From Macrostomum hystrix (Eukaryota > Animalia > Platyhelminthes): 64,000 nt of DNA. The translations under genes and the position numbers were made by a program. The notes under the pieces were generated by a model. That model worked only from the letters and a program-made list of their open reading frames with translations. It was not told the DNA's origin and ran no database searches. The stretch covers positions 12,028,001-12,092,000 of the forward strand of contig CATNEN010000039.1 in assembly GCA_950097015.1 (NCBI GenBank), in the 5' to 3' direction. Position 1 is the stretch's first letter, and every line of letters starts with the position of its first letter. Shown here one piece after another: positions 60,675 to 64,000 of the stretch.

Positions 60675-62867
60675 TCAAGCAGTCGGCCCATCCGTGGCCT
60701 TCTGTGTGGCCACCCGTTTCGCAAAGGTCTGAGCAACAATGAGCGGAAAGGCCAATGTGGCGTCTGAGTAGACTTTCACTGGAGCGGCGCTAAGTCGAAT
60801 CTTGCCCCAGCTGATTGCCTCGTCTGGCCTGGCGCCGGAGTCGCTGCCATCGAACTCCTGGCCGGTGTTGACGAACACGGCGTAGTCGGCTCCGTTTCGC
60901 ATCAGGTTGGCATTGCAGGTGTGGTGCTTGACAACGCCGCCACCGAGGACAATCATGCCGGTGTTCCTGGAGAACACAGCCTGAAGATTGATCAACCGGA
61001 TGTCCTCGATCAGGTCTAGGATTAAGCCAGGATTCTGGAAGCTGTGAAAGTACAATACATCGCCGCAGGCGCCGTCAGTTATTGACGGACAGAAGACAGG
61101 AATGCCATTCTTGTAGCACCAGTAGAGAACGGAGTCCGGGTTGTTGATTTCCCTGCGGGCAAATAATTGCCACAATTGACATCAGAGAGATGACTGAATG
61201 ACATCAGAGATGACTGAATGACATCAGAGATGACTGAATGACACCAGAGAGACTACTGATTGACATCAGAGATGACTGAATGACATCAGAGATGACTGAA
61301 TGACATCAGAGATGACTGAATGACACCAGAGAGACTACTGATTGACATCAGAGATGACTGAATGACATCAGAGATGACTGAATGACATCAGAGATGACTG
61401 AATGACATCAGAGATGACTGAATGACATAGAGATGACTGAATGACATCAGAGATGACTGAATGACATCAGAGATGACTGAATGACATCAGAGATGACTGA
61501 ATGACACCAGAGAGGTGACTGAATGACCGAATATATACTAAACTCTTAGCAATAAAGTACAGAAGTCAGGAAAAATGAGTTGAATACCCACCTGCCAAGT
61601 CGATGTATCAGCTTTGAAGGTGTCCAGTTAAGCTTCTGCTCATTTTGCTCAGCCAGCATAGTATTGAGAATTGGCATAAGCCAGGTTTCAAAGGCAACAT
61701 AGTTCTTGTTTGGCACTAGGAGGTTGCCAATCCGATTGATGCCATTCTGGCGCAGTTCAGCTCCGGGCCAGCGATGAAAGTCGCCAATGAATGTCGGGTG
61801 CATGCACTTGATCAGGTCCTCCTCAACAGCGCCACCAGTGGTGACCAGGACATCAACGAGATTGTGTTCAACCAGATAGCGAATTGATTCTCGCACGCCG
61901 CTTGAAATCATGTTGGAGGTGAAGGCTAAGAAGATGGTGCAGTTTGTGCGATCGCGGCCGTAAGGATTTGGATTGGACAGCTCAGACATGCCGGCACTGT
62001 CCCCCTGAGCACCAACTGCCGGATCGGAGAACTTGCAGTCCAGCATGCGATTGATTTCGTCTATGGCCAGGGCTAGGTTGGTGGCCTGGCGATTGGATGG
62101 ACAACTCAACTGCTGTGTCTGTTTACTCAACTGCTGTGTCTGTTTACTCAACTGCCGTGTCTGTTTACTCAACTGCCGTGTCTGTTTACTCAACTGCCGT
62201 GTTTGTTTACTCAACTGCTGTGTCTGTTTACTCAACTTCCGTGTCTGTTTACTCAACTGCCGTGTCTGTTTACTCAACTGCTGTGTCTGTTTACTCAACT
62301 GCTGTGTCTGTTTACTCAACTGCCGTGTCTGTTTACTCAACTGCTGTGTCTGTTTACTCAACTGCTGTGTCTGTTTACTCAACTGCCGTGTCTGTTTACT
62401 CAACTGCCGTGTCTGTCTACTCAACTGCCGTGTCTGTTTACTCAACTGCCGTGTCTGTCTACTCAACTGCCGTGTCTGTTTACTCAACTGCCGTGTCTGT
62501 CTACTCAACTGCCGTGTCTGTCTACTCAACTGCCGTGTCTGTTTACTCAACTGCCGTGTCTGTCTACTCAACTGCCGTGTCTGTTTACTCAACTGCCGTC
62601 TCTGTTTACTCAACTACCGTGTCTGTTTACTCAACTACCGTGTCTGTTTACTCAACAGTTTATTAACAAACGGAACCAAAGACGGTGGCTCACCTGGAAG
62701 CCGGTGGTCGCAAAGGATTTCATCAGCGCGTCCAGACTGCCACCATCGGGCGCATTGAAGTCGTGACCGCGAACCGGAGCCTCAACGCCCAGCGGCAGCT
62801 GGCCAGAAGCCATCAGCACCGCCTGCTGGCTTATCTGCGGTGGCTGCTGCGGATGCCGATTCGACAT
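60675..62867 (-). CDS. DHPS: Deoxyhypusine synthase
   Basis: Exons 62867-62694 (VRGHDFN...TTGFQ), 62085-61592 (ATNLA...FTSNMISSG...[13 protein letters not shown]...[10 protein letters not shown]), 61152-60675 (PSITDG...GGGVVKHH...[20 protein letters not shown]). Confidence 0.97.
61177..61527. repeat. 20-bp minisatellite TGACATCAGAGATGACTGAA in DHPS intron 2
   Basis: Direct inspection. Confidence 0.95.
62102..62656. repeat. 21-bp minisatellite ACTCAACTGCCGTGTCTGTTT in DHPS intron 1
   Basis: Direct inspection. Confidence 0.95.
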
Positions 62868-62939
62868 GACGCTGAAACGGACCATAGAGTCAGTTGGATG
62901 AATTAGGACTCAAATTGACTCGATATCTGATGCGTCAGC

Positions 62940-63388
62940 TAGCTCAGCATGGTGTACTCAGGGTGAGCTCAGCATGGTGTACTCAGGGTGAGCTCAGCAT
63001 GGTGTACTCAGGGTGAGCTCAGCATGGTGTACTCAGGGTGAGCTCAGCATAGTGTACTCAGGGTGAGCTCAGCATGGTGTACTCAGGGTGAGCTCAGCAT
63101 GGTGTACTCAGGGTGAGCTCAGCATGGTGTACTCAGGGTGAGCTCAGCATGGTGTACTCAGAGTGAGCTCAGCATGGTGTACTCAGGGTGAGCTCAGCAT
63201 GGTGTACTCAGGGTGAGCTCAGCATGGTGTACTCAGGGTGAGCTCAGCATGGTGTACTCAGGGTGAACTCAGCATGGTGTACTCAACTAGCTCAGCATGG
63301 TGTACTCAACTAGCTCAGCATGGTGTACTCAACTAGCTCAGCATGGAGTACTCAGGGACTCAACTAGCTCAGCAAGGAGTACTCAGGG
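62940..63388. repeat. 25-bp minisatellite AGCTCAGCATGGTGTACTCAGGGTG upstream of DHPS
   Basis: Direct inspection. Confidence 0.95.
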
Positions 63389-63637
63389 ACTCATCTCATA
63401 TCGTAAAAAACGGACACTGAGTCATTCACTGCAACATAGCAAAATCACTTTCTGTGACACACCAATGAGGTTGTTGTCTCCAGGTTTTTAAAACAAAACC
63501 AAACAAGGCTTACTTTCAAAAGTAACGAGAACACTTTACAACGATAAAATTTGAAAGACTAGAAAATCAAACATTTTTTGGCACAGATTTGAAGCCACTA
63601 AATATCAGTTTCTATGAGATTGATTGAGGATAACCAA

Positions 63638-64000
63638 TCAATCGATCTTATCTCTCGGATCTAGCCGGCGTCGCTTCATCCTGTCGGTTAGCAGCAACCC
63701 GACGGCCAGCGGACAGGCCACCGCCGCCGACAACAGCGCTGCCGTCACCTGACTAGGCGCTTCGAAGCCTACGCCGCCACCAAAAGCGGCCTCTATAACA
63801 CCGCCAAGCAACGGAGCCAACAGGCGCGCCAAAGAGTTCACGGACTGCGAAGCGCCCATCGCGTCGGCCAGAGCGTCTGGAGCAGCTCCGCCGCCCAGCC
63901 TTCGCCTAATCAGCGACGGATAAGCGTCTCTGGCCAGGCCGTTAAAGAAGCTGAGAGGAGCCTGGGCGGCGCAGAACTCGGCCAGATTGGCGACTAAGCC
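63638..64000 (-). CDS. Last exon of an MFS transporter (MFSD9/SLC22A18-like), partial
   Basis: AMGASQSVNSLARLLAPLLGG motif plus a final hydrophobic helix; frame open to the window edge. Confidence 0.7.
   Translation of the reverse strand, partial: GLVANLAEFCAAQAPLSFFNGLARDAYPSLIRRRLGGGAAPDALADAMGASQSVNSLARLLAPLLGGVIEAAFGGGVGFEAPSQVTAALLSAAVACPLAVGLLLTDRMKRRRLDPRDKID

Noticed and set aside
61546-62766. Repeat ORFs (SKQTRQL)n, (LLNCRVC)n as a DHPS N-terminal extension
   Set aside because: Translation of an intronic 21-bp array; the true exon 1 lies upstream and retention hits a stop

Overview
Eukaryotic, intron-rich genomic DNA. Short GT-AG introns, dense minisatellites and tRNA-SINEs resemble a free-living flatworm such as Macrostomum lignano (inference from style only). 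Left to right: (1) the 3' part of an intact DEG/ENaC (FaNaC-like) channel gene whose extracellular region, spliced by hand, carries a WSC domain, a half kringle and a complete six-cysteine kringle; (2) a convergent pseudogenised paralog with the same architecture; (3) a secreted PAN + ALK/LTK-type glycine-rich protein and a relic paralog; (4) two full copies and one fragment of a single-exon secreted PAN + LamG/ConA-like gene, homogenised almost only within the CDS; (5) DIRS, Gypsy and LINE remnants; (6) a multi-exon EPLIN/LIMD2-type LIM gene with a repeated G-V-Y-E-N-x-P...PDVVR motif; (7) an orphan low-complexity gene; (8) a tightly packed co-directional trio, MFS transporter - DHPS - SNAP29, that looks like a trans-spliced operon. 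Three SINE families, two MITE types and more than ten different minisatellites fill introns and spacers. The best candidate for an undescribed system is the WSC/kringle-bearing DEG/ENaC channel. All domain calls are by eye from motifs, not HMM searches.
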